Source of the DNA: the human T2T-CHM13v2.0 reference genome, Homo sapiens
Assembly (NCBI RefSeq): GCF_009914755.1
Contig: NC_060944.1
Length of the DNA: 64,000 nt
Direction: 5' to 3' (one strand)
The notes under the pieces are model-generated. The model was not told the DNA's origin and made no database searches. It saw nothing but the letters and a program-made list of their open reading frames with translations. Each line of letters starts with the position of its first letter. The stretch's first letter is position 1. The translations under genes and the position numbers were made by a program. This document shows positions 1 through 11,616 of the stretch, piece by piece.

Positions 1-200
1 TTCTTTTCCTCAGCTTCCCGAGTAGCTGGGGTTACAAGAGCCTACCACCATGCCTGAATAATTTTTTTTTTTTTGTATTTTTAGTAGAAACGGGGTTTCA
101 CCACATTGGCCAGGCTGGCCTTGAACTCCTGACCTCGTGATCCACCCGCCTCTGCCTCCCAAAGTGCTGGGATTACAGGTGTGAACCACCGCACCCAGCC
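1..200 (-). mobile_element. Alu (AluS-like), cut by the window edge, in FRG1-paralog intron 2
   Basis: Reverse Alu motifs: cccaaagtgctgggattacaggtgtgaaccaccgcacccagcc, and the T-rich linker tttttgtatttttagtagaaac. Confidence 0.95.
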
Positions 201-439
201 AGTAATCTTAACTGTGATTTTAGATTGAAAGCAAAATGAGCAGAATCTATGCCTATGTATACTAATTTCCAATTTGCCAATAGAAATGTTAGACTCTAGC
301 AACAATTATTTTAGCAGTTTTTATAAAAGTTTCTATCTTAATGTTAAAAAATATCCTCAAACCTCCTCCTAAATTGTACTTTAACTAGAGTAGAAATGAG
401 TCAATCATTAACTGGATATGACATATTAAGGAATTCTTG

Positions 440-780
440 TTAATTTTACAAGGTCTGATAATGACACAGTATAATGTATAAAAGTAAAGAACAAAACATG
501 TGATGAGAGAAAGACATACCACGTTAAGAAATGTATATTTACATACTTATGGGTAAAATGATGTAATATCTGTGATTTTACTTAAAATTTTCTAGGAAAA
601 AATGTGTGTGGGGGTGTGTATGTAAATGAAACGAGCTTGGCAAAATATTGATAATTAATGCTGGGGCCTGGGCACATGGGGGACTTATTATATTGTATGG
701 ATTATATTGTATGGATTATATTGTATATTGTATGGATTTTATTGTATGGATTAGTTTGGGTATTTCCATAATAAAAAGGT
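440..780 (+). mobile_element. Old L1M (L1MD/ME-like) 3' end fragment
   Basis: Resembles an L1ME 3' UTR and ends ttccataataaaaag. Confidence 0.5.
687..752. repeat. Short tandem repeat of about 14 bp (tattgtatggatta), about 4 imperfect copies
   Basis: Seen directly in the sequence. Confidence 0.85.
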
Positions 781-878
781 TTTAAGGATTCAGTTAATTC
801 CACCGCACAAAATTTTCTATTCAACTAAACATTTCATCCTTTTCATTATCAATTTTAAAATACATAAAATTTTAGCTA

Positions 879-1580
879 AAATGAAGTTGGACCCTTATAT
901 AACACTAAATACAAAAAGTAACTTAAAATAGACCAAAGACCTAAATGTAAGAGCTAAAGTTAGAAAACTTTTAGGAGAAAATGGGAAAAGCTTCACAACA
1001 ATGAATTTGGCAATGATTTCTTATATAGAACATCAAAGGCACAGGCAACAAAAGAAAACACGGACAAACTGGACTTCATCAGAATTAAAAACTTTTGTGC
1101 ATCAAGAACCACTGTCAACAGAATAAAAGGCAACCCAGAGAATGGAGAAAATATTTGTAAACTACATACATGATACGGAATTAATATCCAGACTATATAG
1201 AGAACTCCAAAAAGATAAATACCACAATTCAAAACTGGGCAAAGGATATACACGGACACTGCTCCAAAGATGATATACAAATGGCCAATAAGCACTCGAA
1301 AAGACGCTCAACATCACTAATCACTAGGGAAATATAAATCAAAACCATAATGCAATACCACTTCACACCCATTAGAATGCTATTATCAAAACAAACAAAA
1401 AACAGAAACAAAGAAAACCAGAAAAACAAATGTTGGGCAGGATGTGGAGAAACTGAAACCCTGTGCAATGCTGGTGGGAAGGTAAAATGGTGCATGTATT
1501 TAAATGCCACTGAAGTGTACACGTAAAAATAGAAAAACTGGCAAATTCTATATTCTGTATATTTTACCTCCACACACACA
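879..1580 (+). mobile_element. L1MB-like ORF2 3' portion and 3' UTR fragment
   Basis: gacctaaatgtaagagctaaa, tttgtgcatcaag, ccacttcacacccattagaatg. Confidence 0.85.
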
Positions 1581-1668
1581 CAAAACCAATGGAGAAAAAG
1601 AAAATTAATCAAAATTAAAATTTCAGCTAAAGACGATTAGAAAGCAATAAAACTAATGACGATTTAGA

Positions 1669-1679
1669 TGATTGAGTTA
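1669..1679 (-). promoter_or_regulatory. DUX4 consensus motif TAACTCAATCA in FRG1-paralog intron 2
   Basis: Plus strand tgattgagtta is the reverse complement of TAACTCAATCA, an exact match to TAAYYYAATCA. Binding is not shown by sequence. Confidence 0.6.
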
Positions 1680-3154
1680 TAGCTACAATTGTTTTCAGTA
1701 AAAGAAATAATGCTTTATTCAAAATCATTATGAACAGTGTTATGATTAGCAAGTCTTTCTTATAAATGTAATAGTTAATAATTTTAAATTAGTTTTATTT
1801 TGTATGTTCTATGCCACGTTCACCAAGTACACTTAATATTAAATAAAATAATTTAAATATAATAACTCATTAATGTTTTGCAAATGAAGAAGAAATTTCT
1901 GGGAGACAAGCTCCTCAAAATTTTCACCAATGAAATGTTTAGTTGAACAGAAAATTTTGTGCAGTGGAATTAACAGAATCCTTAAAACCTTTTATTATGG
2001 AAATATCCAAACTAATCCATACAATATAATCCATACAATATACAATCATACCGATCTTACACAGCTATTTCCAAAAACAGGGAAGGAGACAGCCCTTCCC
2101 ATCTAATTTTATGACACCTAATATCACCTTGACACCAAAACCAAATAAAGACATTACAAGAAAAGGATACAAAAGTCCAATATCTCCCATCAACACCAAT
2201 ATAGAAATCTTAAAAAAAAAAAAAAAAAGCTGTCCATCCAAAAACTACCATTAAGAAACTGAAAAGGTAAAACTCAGACTTGGAGAAAAGACTGATAACT
2301 CCATCGACTCTTGGCAACGATGTAACTGGAGAACTAATTCATTGTTGGTGGGAGAGTAAAATGGCACAACCACTTTAGAAAACTTTTGGCAGTTTCTTAT
2401 ATAGTTAAACATTCACCTATCCTTTGACACAGCAATTCCACATCTACATATCTACCCTAGATATTTACGCTAATTTTAGAATTATTGATTTGCCATTTCA
2501 AAAGTAATGATTCTTCCAGAACATTAGCTTTATACCATTCCATATTTTATATATTTTTTAAGCTACCATAAATTATGAAGATTCAAAATGCAATTTGCCA
2601 AGTTTTAAAAGAGAAAAAAAGTACGGAAACAACTAAGTGGAAAACAGGCTGGTTAAGTGTGTTTGGGTCAGTTTATTTCTAGTATCATTTACAGGCTACC
2701 CTGATATTGTATTTAAAATTTTCATTCATTTCAGAGTTCACAAAATGATGATTTTTCCTGTGAAGATACTTCGTTTAAGAGACAACTGACTTCTACAACT
2801 AAAATGTATACATGTTCAAAGAAAATAACTTGTAAAATATATTTGGTTGAATAACATTTACATTAAGCCTTTAAAATTATGTATCAGAATCTCTGGCTAT
2901 TAAGCAGTCTAATGGTGCCTACTAAGTCAGAGAGTTGTAATTCTTCTCTCCTGTGCTCTGTTCTGATAATGAAGTAAAGGGATCAGTAGCATCTACTGTG
3001 CTAAAGAATAAATGGAATTTACAACTGTAGGTAATATTTAAGCACTTTAAGACAAATATGAATACATCATAAATTTCTAACTAGGAAAATATTTTCAATG
3101 AGATCTCAGGAAATGTTAACTTTTTTCAGAATAAAGCACTGAAAACTGACTCAC

Positions 3155-3224
3155 CAACATATCAAACTGGGTTTCTTCATCTTCTTCTCTTTTTCTCTTC
3201 TTATCTTTCCTCGTTTTCTTCTTA
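3155..3224 (-). pseudogene. FRG1: FRG1 paralog exon 2 (70 nt, one base shorter than the recalled FRG1 exon, giving a frameshift)
   Basis: ctgtag|TAAGAAGAAAACGAGGAAAGATAAG...GAAACCCAGTTTGATATGTTG|gtgagt encodes KKKTRKDKKRKREEDEETQFDML, versus FRG1 KKKKSKDKKRKREEDEETQLDIVG. AG and GT splice sites are intact. Confidence 0.93.
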
Positions 3225-3399
3225 CTACAGGACATTATTTATACAGATGAGTTTAGGTATATTGATTTGTGTGATAAATAAATATCGTAAGATTGAAACT
3301 TGGAAGTCTTTTAAGCTGCTTCATTTATAAAGTATTGATTTAGGAAGACTTACATTGCTATGCCCTCTTAAATACAGTACTGAGAAGTTGCTTCAGGCT

Positions 3400-3590
3400 T
3401 TGTACATATTATGTTAAAGTTCAAAGCAGATTGTAGAGCCACACTGCCAGATTTTAAATCCTGATTCTGTCACTTCTTAGCTCTGTGATTTTTGGAAAAG
3501 GTACTGAATCTCTCTGGGAGTCAGTTTCCCCACTTAAAAAATTAAGATAATAACTCTTAAGGCTATTGTGAGGATTAAGAGGTAATATGT
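3400..3590 (+). mobile_element. MIR
   Basis: MIR core: ctgaatctctctgggagtcagtttccccacttaaaaa...ttgtgaggattaa. Confidence 0.7.
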
Positions 3591-3596
3591 ATCTTC

Positions 3597-4207
3597 ACGC
3601 ATTGCTGGTGGAAATGTAAAATGGTGCAACATCTACAGGAAATAGTTTGGGGTTCCTCAAAAAGTTAAAGACTTACCATATGACCCAGCAATTTTACTCC
3701 TAAGTATGTATACCCAAGGGAAATGAAAACATACACCCACAAAAATACTTACGTAAGACTATTCACACTAGCATTAGTCACAATAGTCAAAAAGGGGAAA
3801 CAACCTAAATGTTCATCAACTGATGAATGGATGAACAAAATGTTACATCCATACAATGGAATACTACATAGCCATAAAAAGGAACAAGTGGTACAACAAT
3901 GATGGACCTCAAGAATGTTATAAGTGAAAGAAGACTGATACAAAAGGTCACATGTTGCATGATTTCTTAGGAAATATTCAGAATAGGCAATTTCACATAG
4001 ATAGCAGACTAGTGGTTGCCAAGGACTAGGAGAGAGGGAGGATGGGATGTGACTGCTTTAATGGGTAGGAAGAGATTTCCTTCTGAGATGACGAAAATGC
4101 TGAGCAACTAGACAGTGGTGAACCTCTTGAATATGTACTAAAAACCACTGACTGTACAAAAGGGTGAATTTCATAATTATGAATTACATCGCAATAAAAA
4201 AATAAAA
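3597..4207 (+). mobile_element. L1MB 3' end
   Basis: ttaccatatgacccagcaatt, aaatgttcatcaactgatgaatggatg, terminal caataaaaa. Confidence 0.85.
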
Positions 4208-5079
4208 ACCCAGGAGCGATTTGAAAAAAGTTAATGTGCAAAGTGCCTACAACAATTTCTTGGCGCATTGAAAGTGCTATATAAGCATTAATTATGATTA
4301 TTACGATAATCTTAAGACACTCTTGTCTCCATTTTCATCATAAAGTTTTCAGAAGATAACTCACCACTCCTCACAGGAAATTCACAGAGTAAAAATCTCA
4401 CATTCATTCAGGATATACCTGCCATTTATTCTGGCATCTTCATGAGGCCAGACTCCTCGAGAGGGTTCTCAAGGGCAGTGGCTTCAGCTCACTCCTTGAT
4501 ACTTTCTTTCCATCTCGCCTAACAATATCAAAACCTCTGTTTATCACGGAGACCAGGAGGAAATGCTCAATATTTGTATGTACAGTCAACCTCAGGCAAA
4601 TCTGCCAGTTAAAAAAGAAGCGGGGATATGAATGCACAGGTATTTTTCTCCTAAAGAGCTAATAAATTACCACTACGACCTCCTCCTCACATTTGGCTCA
4701 ATTTATTTACTGCATATACGTTCTCTAATTTAATCCTCACAGTCTTCTAAAGGTATAAAAAATGGTCTGAAAGTATAAATGTGTAAACGGAGGTTTAAAG
4801 ATACTTGATCTCTTAATGAGTAAATGGAAGTTCAGACATATTAACCAATTTGCCACAAATTACAAAATTAGTAAATGACGGAGTGCAGGTTCCAGCCCAT
4901 ATCCCTATCAAAGCCTATATACACCTCAACCACTGTGTGATTCATCCTGGTTTCACTCTACATACTAGCTTAGAAAAAAATAATCAATAATTTTTCCAGG
5001 AAGAGACAATGGAGAAAAGAATAATCCCTAGTAAAGGAAGTTATTATCATGAACTACAAGATCAGACAAACGCAGACCC

Positions 5080-6260
5080 ACCAGGCAGAGGCCGGGAGAG
5101 ATGCCTCAGCGGACCCAAACTCGTGGGTACGGGGCCACGGGTCACCCGCCCATCTATCCTGTTAACAGGGTCGTCCGCGCGGGAGGCTGCCCCTCTCTGC
5201 ACAGGCGCCAGGAACCGCGGTCCAGCCTCCGTCCAGCCCAGACAGGGTCAGGGCGAAACCTGGGAGGCCGCGAAACCTGGGAGGCCACGAAGCCTGCTCT
5301 CCGCACCACGGCTTCCACCGGATTCGCGGGGGTGGAGTGCATCCGAAAAGAACTGAGGAGGCTCCCGCTGGAGCTGCAGGACCCAGCTCTTCGCCTTGGT
5401 TCCCTTGAGCACAAGCTTGGTAGACTTCACATAAGAGTACTAGGCCATGGCTCCGGGAGACTTCTGTGCGGAGAGGCTGAAGCCGGCTCAGGACGAGTGT
5501 GTGACCTGGAGCAGCACCAGGGCGGGGAGGAAAAGAAGTTGAGGCAAAGTAAACACTCCCTGACAGCGTAAGTCTGTCCAGAACCCGCCTTCGTCTTTAC
5601 CCAAACGCTGAATGGCTGAGATTTCCACTTCCGGGTTTCTGCCAGGGAGCTACCGCGGCCGCAGAGGGCCGAAAGGTGTCCGCACGCATCTGCTCCCTCG
5701 TTTCCTCTCGAGGAGCCCCTGAGGATTTGTGCCTCCCAGAAGTGGGGAAAGCTCGCCCAAGGCGCCGGTGCTGACGGTGGCGGGACTGCCGGGCTCGCTG
5801 TGGAACCGCCTCCCGCTAGAGCTGCGGGCTGGTGACGGTCCCCGCGGGGGCGGGAAGCGGCTTAGGCTGCCCTCGCCGGCCTGCGGCGGCGAGTCTGGAA
5901 GCGCGGTCCACTCGTGCGCGGGTCACTCGGGGCTGTGCCTCGCGCGACTGTGTGTGCAGGAAACAAGCAGGAAATACCCTAAAATAGAATGAAGTGCCAT
6001 GTTGAGGGCCGCGGACGTCGCGAGTGCTGTGGGAATGTGGGCTAAGGTGGAGAGTTATGGTGGCACGTGTTACAGGCTCAGGGGTCAGGAAGAAGCCTAA
6101 TCGTGGAGGCGGCATCTGAGGAGGGTCTTGAACGCTGGGCAGGCTTTTGCCCGATAGAGATGGAGGAAGCTAGTCCTGTCTGCTGGAGGAAACAGGGCAG
6201 AGGCGAGGAGGGAGCCGTGCAGCGCTGGTGTGAGGAGCCGCGAGCAGGCCAGGCCTGTAA
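5080..6260. promoter_or_regulatory. CpG island / promoter of the FRG1 paralog, probably bidirectional
   Basis: High GC and CpG density around exon 1. ETS motif CCGGAAGT on the minus strand near 5627-5634. Confidence 0.88.
5387..5639 (-). pseudogene. FRG1: FRG1 paralog exon 1 (5' UTR plus 62 coding nt), with a stop at codon 3 and a mutated splice donor
   Basis: ggagccATG at 5448 reads M-A-stop-YSYVKSTKLVLKGTKAK, versus FRG1 MAEYSYVKSTKLVLKGTKTK. TAG at 5442-5440. The exon end AAGAG is followed by CT, not GT. The 5' end gaaacccggaagtgg matches the recalled FRG1 mRNA start. The specific paralog cannot be named. Confidence 0.95.
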
Positions 6261-6408
6261 AGCAGAGTGATGGGAACCAGGATAGAGAAGGCAAATCGGA
6301 GTCCTGTGGTCGCTGAAGAATTTGAATGAAATCAGTAAACAGGTGACAGGGATCCATCGCAAGAGCATGGGATGAAACGAGGAGTAGTCCACGGTGATTC
6401 CTCCGCAG

Positions 6409-6480
6409 CGGTGGGTATTATTAATCGCTTATGTGACACCAAAACGGTGGGTATTATTGATAACGTATGTGACACCAAAA
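6409..6480. repeat. 36-bp tandem duplication (2 copies)
   Basis: cggtgggtattatt...tatgtgacaccaaaa occurs at 6409-6444 and 6445-6480. Confidence 0.9.
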
Positions 6481-7749
6481 CCACCCCACTCAAGTTGTGG
6501 CTCTTTCCCTAAAGTAGAAAACAGAGACCAGTTGGGTTCCAAGCATCCACGAAGATCTTACTAAATTTGTGATCCCCAGTGGCACCATGGAGTCAGGATT
6601 GGCTCATCTCAAACCTGACTCAGAAACAAAACCATCTCAATGTGCAGAGATTAGCGTCCTTACCCGCTATCATATTTTCTGGTGTTTTCACAGTGCTGCG
6701 CTTCCTAATCCCCATTCCACCACAATCCACATGCCATGATGCCCAGAGGCATTAACAAAGGAGACACACAGGGGCTCCTCACGTTGGCTTTCCATGGTTT
6801 TGATGAAAATCTGTTTCCTCATCTCATACAATGTGGTTAGTAATAGTATCATTTAGAGTTGAAGAATTAAATGGTACGAATTATATAGGGTGCTTATTAT
6901 AACCTACATGGAAAATGCCTAGGATATGTTAGCTATGCTCATCACCAACATCGTTATATGATGGTAATAATCAGATAGTTAGGAAGGGCGACGCCAAGAA
7001 AATGGATACATGCTCTGAGGGAATGAATGTGGAGAGATCAGAAGGTCAAGAACAAAGCCGTACAACATGTCTGCAGTAAAGGGATAGAGAAAAGAAAGGC
7101 TATAAAAGAAGGAATGAAACAAAGTTAGAGTAAAATTATAAAATCAAAGCTAAGGACAATTTCCAGAAAGGGTAATATCATTTAATATCATAGAAGTTTA
7201 GGAGCACAAGATGGAAAAATGGCCTGTGGGTAACTGACATTGAGGCGGTCTTTAGGGAAACTCCATTTCCGATAGAGAAGTAGACAGAAAGTCAGCTTGA
7301 AGCAGGGACTAGGTGAAGAAGCTGTTGGCTGGTCGCATGGGGAAATAAATAAGGGATCGCATATGCCATATTTCTGGGTTTCTTTCTTTCTTGCCCAGCC
7401 TCTATATATGCCTAGAGTTTGGCGAAAACTTACAAAAAATAAAAATGAAACCAATTTCGTTTGTAGACTCAAATACAATGCTTTGTGTTAGAATCAAGAT
7501 AAATTCATGCCTCTTCCTTCTATTGTCACCATCAGTTTTGAAATTAAACATGAGCTTTTCTTCTTCATTAAAATCATTTTCAACTCCTTCCAGGTGTTGG
7601 TGGTTTGGGGCGTTACATAAGCAGTCAGGTCTTGATGAGTAGAGGAGGAGGGAACAAACACTTTCAGCAAAGAGAGAATTCTGAAATTCTGCTCATATTT
7701 TTCTCCAGTAACTTTCCTATGTTTGTGAGGATGTTCAGTCATAAAGATC

Positions 7750-7930
7750 CTAGTGAAATTTTTTTCAAGCTTGACTAATCTTAATCACTGTGGACGTTTG
7801 TTTAAAATGTGTATTCCCAGGCCTCACACCTGCTGATTCTGATTCAGGAGATCACGGATGGGACTCAGAATACATGTGTTTGAGAAGTACCACAAGTGGT
7901 TCTTATGGTCAGGCAAATTTGGGAATCTAA
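7750..7930. mobile_element. MER5-like hAT-Charlie MITE
   Basis: attcccaggcctcac...gattctgattcaggag...tttgggaatc resembles MER5. Confidence 0.55.
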
Positions 7931-9073
7931 CCAGAAATTTATGTTTTTATGACTGGCAGCTAGAAAAGATTCCTAGAGTCTTTGCTTTTTGAAAATAAAA
8001 TATTTCTTTTTTAAAAGGAAAATTGTATGACTAGATACAACATTTATACATGTGGCACATGTACTATACTGTGTGCTTTTGTCATATTTACAGTTAAAGA
8101 TGTGTAAGAACACTCTGAGAAAAATTATATATTAAATGCAAAGAGGGGTAAGTCAGGGTGGGGGAGAAATGGGAAGGGTGTGCTTATTGTTGCTAAAAGG
8201 TAGAAAAGCCAGAATGATAGCCATCTAAGGTTGCAAATAGCACATTGTAAGTTGAGGGAGCTTCACAATCATGTCTGAAACCTTCTTTGATATACTGAGT
8301 TGTAAACAGTGGCTTTGGACAAGATTTGAGGGAGAAACAAACCATGCTTTAAAGTGTTCATTTAAAAGGCTTTAATTAAAGGAAAGTCTTTGTATTTACT
8401 TGAGCTAATTTAACTTCAGGACTTTAACAAATTACTAGCCCTTAACCTCTTAAAAATTGTCTTTCATTTCAAATGAAAGTTTAAGATGGCCTTTGTGTTG
8501 GATTGGTATACTTGTGCGAGGACTTAACAGCAAGTACTGTACATTTCGAAATGTTTACTTCTTAATTTTGCTGGAAGAAATATACTACTCAATTAACTAT
8601 TTTTAAAGCAAAGTAAAACAATTTATTTTGACAAGTGACATTGTATTTTCCTAGTTTTCAGGTGGCAGAGATTAGGCTTAACATCACTAATCATGAGAGA
8701 AATGCAAATCAAAACCAAAATGAGATACTATCCTATACCAGTCAGAATAGCTACTATTAAAAAATCGAAAAACAACAGATCTTGGGAGGCTGTGGAGAAA
8801 AGGGAACATTTACACATAATTGGTGCGAATGTAAATTAGTTCAGCCACTGTTGAAAGCAGTTTGAAAATTTCTCAAAGAATTGAAAATAGAATTACCTTT
8901 CAAGCCAACAATTCCATTACTGTTTTATGACCCAAATAAAGTCAGTTATTCTACCAAAAACACATACGCACTTGCATGTTCATTGCAGCACTATTCACAA
9001 TAGCAAAGACATGGAGTCAGCCTAGGTGCCCATCAACGGTGGATTTGATCAATAAAATGTGGCACATCCACAC

Positions 9074-9483
9074 AGTATTATTAGGCCATTCTTGCATTGC
9101 TATGAAGAAATACTTGAGACTGGGTAACTTATAAGGAAAAGAGATTTAATTGGCTCATAGCTCTGCAGGCTGTACAGGAAGCATGGTGACAGCATCTGAT
9201 GGCACCTGTGGAGTCTCCAGGGAGCTTTTACTCATGATGGAAGGTGAAGAGGGAGTAGGCTCATCACATGGCCAGAGCAGGAGCAAGAGAGAATGGGAGT
9301 GGGGGTAAGTACCACACACCCTTACACAACCAGATCTTGAAAGAATTCGCTATCACAAGGACGGTATCAGGTAATGAGAGATCCACCCCCATGACCCAAA
9401 CACCTCCTACCAGGCCCCACCTCCAACACTGAGGATTACATTTCACCATGAGATTTATAGGGGCCACCTTCCAAACGATTTCA
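9074..9483 (-). mobile_element. MaLR solo LTR (MSTB-like)
   Basis: ttaggccattcttgcattgctat...ccaaacgatttca, with cacac TSD on both sides. Confidence 0.85.
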
Positions 9484-9740
9484 CACACCATGGAATACTA
9501 TGCAGCCATAAATTAACAAAATCATGTCCTTTGAAGCAACATGGATGTAGCTGAAGGCCATTATCCTAAGTAAATCAATGCAGGAATACAAAACAAAATA
9601 CCACATGATCTCACTTATAAGTGGGAGATAAACACTGGGTACTTATGGACATAAAGATGGAAAGAATAAACACCAGGACTACTAGAGGGGAGAAGGAGGA
9701 AGGCAAGGTTTGACAAACTAACTATTGGGTACTATGCTCA

Positions 9741-10121
9741 TGTATTAATCTGTTCTCACACTGCTATATAGAACTACCCGAGACTGGGTAATTCATAAAG
9801 AAAAGAGGTTTAACTGACTCATAGTTCCACAGGCTGTACAGGAAGTATGGCTGGGAGGCTTCAGGAAACTTATAATCATGGCAGAAGGTGAAGGGGGAAG
9901 CAAGGCACGTTCTACCATGGTGGCAGGAGAGCAAGTGAGCCGGGGGGATGTGTCATATGTTTAAACCATCAGATCTCATGAGAACTCACTTACCATCTAA
10001 GAACAGCAAGGGGGAAGTCTGCTCTCATGAGCTAATCACCTCCCACCAGGTCATTCCCCCTACATTGGGAATTATAATTCAACATGAGATTTGGGTGGGG
10101 ACACAGAGTCAAACCATACCA
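9741..10121 (-). mobile_element. MaLR solo LTR (MSTA-like)
   Basis: tgtattaatctgttctcacactgcta...gagatttgggtggggacacagagtcaaaccatacca. Confidence 0.88.
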
Positions 10122-11384
10122 AATCAGCATCTGGATGATGGGATCATTCATACCCCAAAACTCAGCATTATGAGATATACCCATGTAACAAACTGGCACA
10201 TGTACCCCTGAATGTAAAATACAAGTTAAAATTATTTTCAAAATAAGTTAATTAATGAATAAATAAATATGATTAAATAAAATTAAAATTTTGAATTAAA
10301 AAATTTGAGAGTGATTTCAGTTTGACAGTTATGTAAGTTATGTAAATGGAAACAGTGAGTTCTGTAGGGTTTGGATCAATTGCACTATCTGTACTAAGTT
10401 CATGTCCAGTTGTTTGGATGAAAAGAAAATAGGAGAAACATATAGATCTAACAGGAAAAAAATGGACAAGTTTTTATGATAGCAAAAAGAAGAAGGGAGG
10501 AAATAGGACTGAGGTTATAGTGATTGATAGATATTAATAGACGACTAAGTCAAAAGCCACTGGTTGCAGAAAATATTGATTAATTCTGTTTCATTCCAGT
10601 CAGACAACAAAATCTTATAACCTGCCTCTAGAGAAAACCCTTTTAGCCCTGTAATTATCTTTATTCCAAGCACCATTCCATTCATTAAGTAGTGTATAGG
10701 GTGATTAATAAGTGAATTATTCACAGAATTAGGACAGAATTTTTGAGTATTTCAGGATATTAATACTATAATCAATGAACTAAAATAAAATTTGACTAGA
10801 GGTGTGATCGCCATGAATGCCATGTTGGTATCTTGTTAGATTTGGCAACCTAAAGTTGACAAATTTATTAATAAAATAAACGTTCCTTGATGATTAATTT
10901 ACATTTAGTAAACATGCTCTTTCTTCTTCCTTCCCTTTCTTATTCATTCATTCATTCATTCCTACAGAGCAGAGACTTTCATTCTAAGATTCCCAGAATC
11001 CTAAGAATTCTTGAATGTCATCATAGGGAGCCAGGTGTGAGGATTCCCAAACGTTGTATTTAATACTTGAAAAATCTCAAAAAGTTATATATTTATTTAC
11101 ACCAGAAAAAGCTATACAGGTTTTAAGTTATATATATATAGTTGAATACTTTTTATTTCTATCCAGAACTAAGTCATTAGAGTTAATAATGTTGATTATT
11201 TCATACTGACCTGGTGGGTAGCCTTTATATATCATTGATTACTTATTAGTAAAGTAAGAACCCCCCCAAAATTACAAAATAAATATATTTTGTGGGGTTT
11301 TCTTAAGGCTTTTGAAACATAAAATCAGAGGAGAGGATTAAAAGTAATCCTTGATTGTTAAAAAGGCAGGGAACTACTAACTTA

Positions 11385-11590
11385 GAAAATTGTATGAAAA
11401 CAGCAAGATATATACATGGCCCTCAGACCAGCTGCCTGTTTTAATAAAGTTTTATTGGAGCACATCCATGGATCTATGGTGCTTTCCTGCTACAATGGTA
11501 GAGTTGAATGGTTGCTATAGAAACCGTATGGTTCGCAAAGCCTAAAATATTTATCATCTGGTCCTTTATAGCAAAAGTGAACCCAGTTTT
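11385..11590. mobile_element. MER58-like hAT-Charlie MITE
   Basis: aataaagttttattggagcaca...aaagcctaaaatatttatcatctggtcctttatag. Confidence 0.7.
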
Positions 11591-11616
11591 AGAACATTCA
11601 CTTTACAAATTAGGAT

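Larger units (their letters stand above)
720..2046. repeat. Inverted repeat: arms 720-837 and 1930-2046 (about 117 bp, about 95% identical), spacer about 1.1 kb
   Basis: The reverse complement of 1930-2046 aligns to 720-837 with about 6 differences (by eye). Confidence 0.92.
8678..10235 (+). mobile_element. L1 (L1PB/L1MA-like) 3' end, interrupted by two MST LTRs
   Basis: gaaatgcaaatcaaaacc, ccatggaatactatgcagccat, catgtaacaaactggcacatgtacccctgaa. Confidence 0.85.

Noticed and set aside
5009-6392. Cluster of overlapping 60-156 aa ORFs around the CpG island
   Set aside because: Expected in GC-rich, stop-poor DNA. Only the FRG1 exon-1 peptide is recognisable, and the 5248-5430 ORF is GTG-started intron read-through.
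9074-10121. Two same-orientation MST LTRs 260 bp apart, resembling a provirus
   Set aside because: The sequence between them is continuous L1 3' UTR and the LTRs look like different subfamilies, so they are independent solo insertions.
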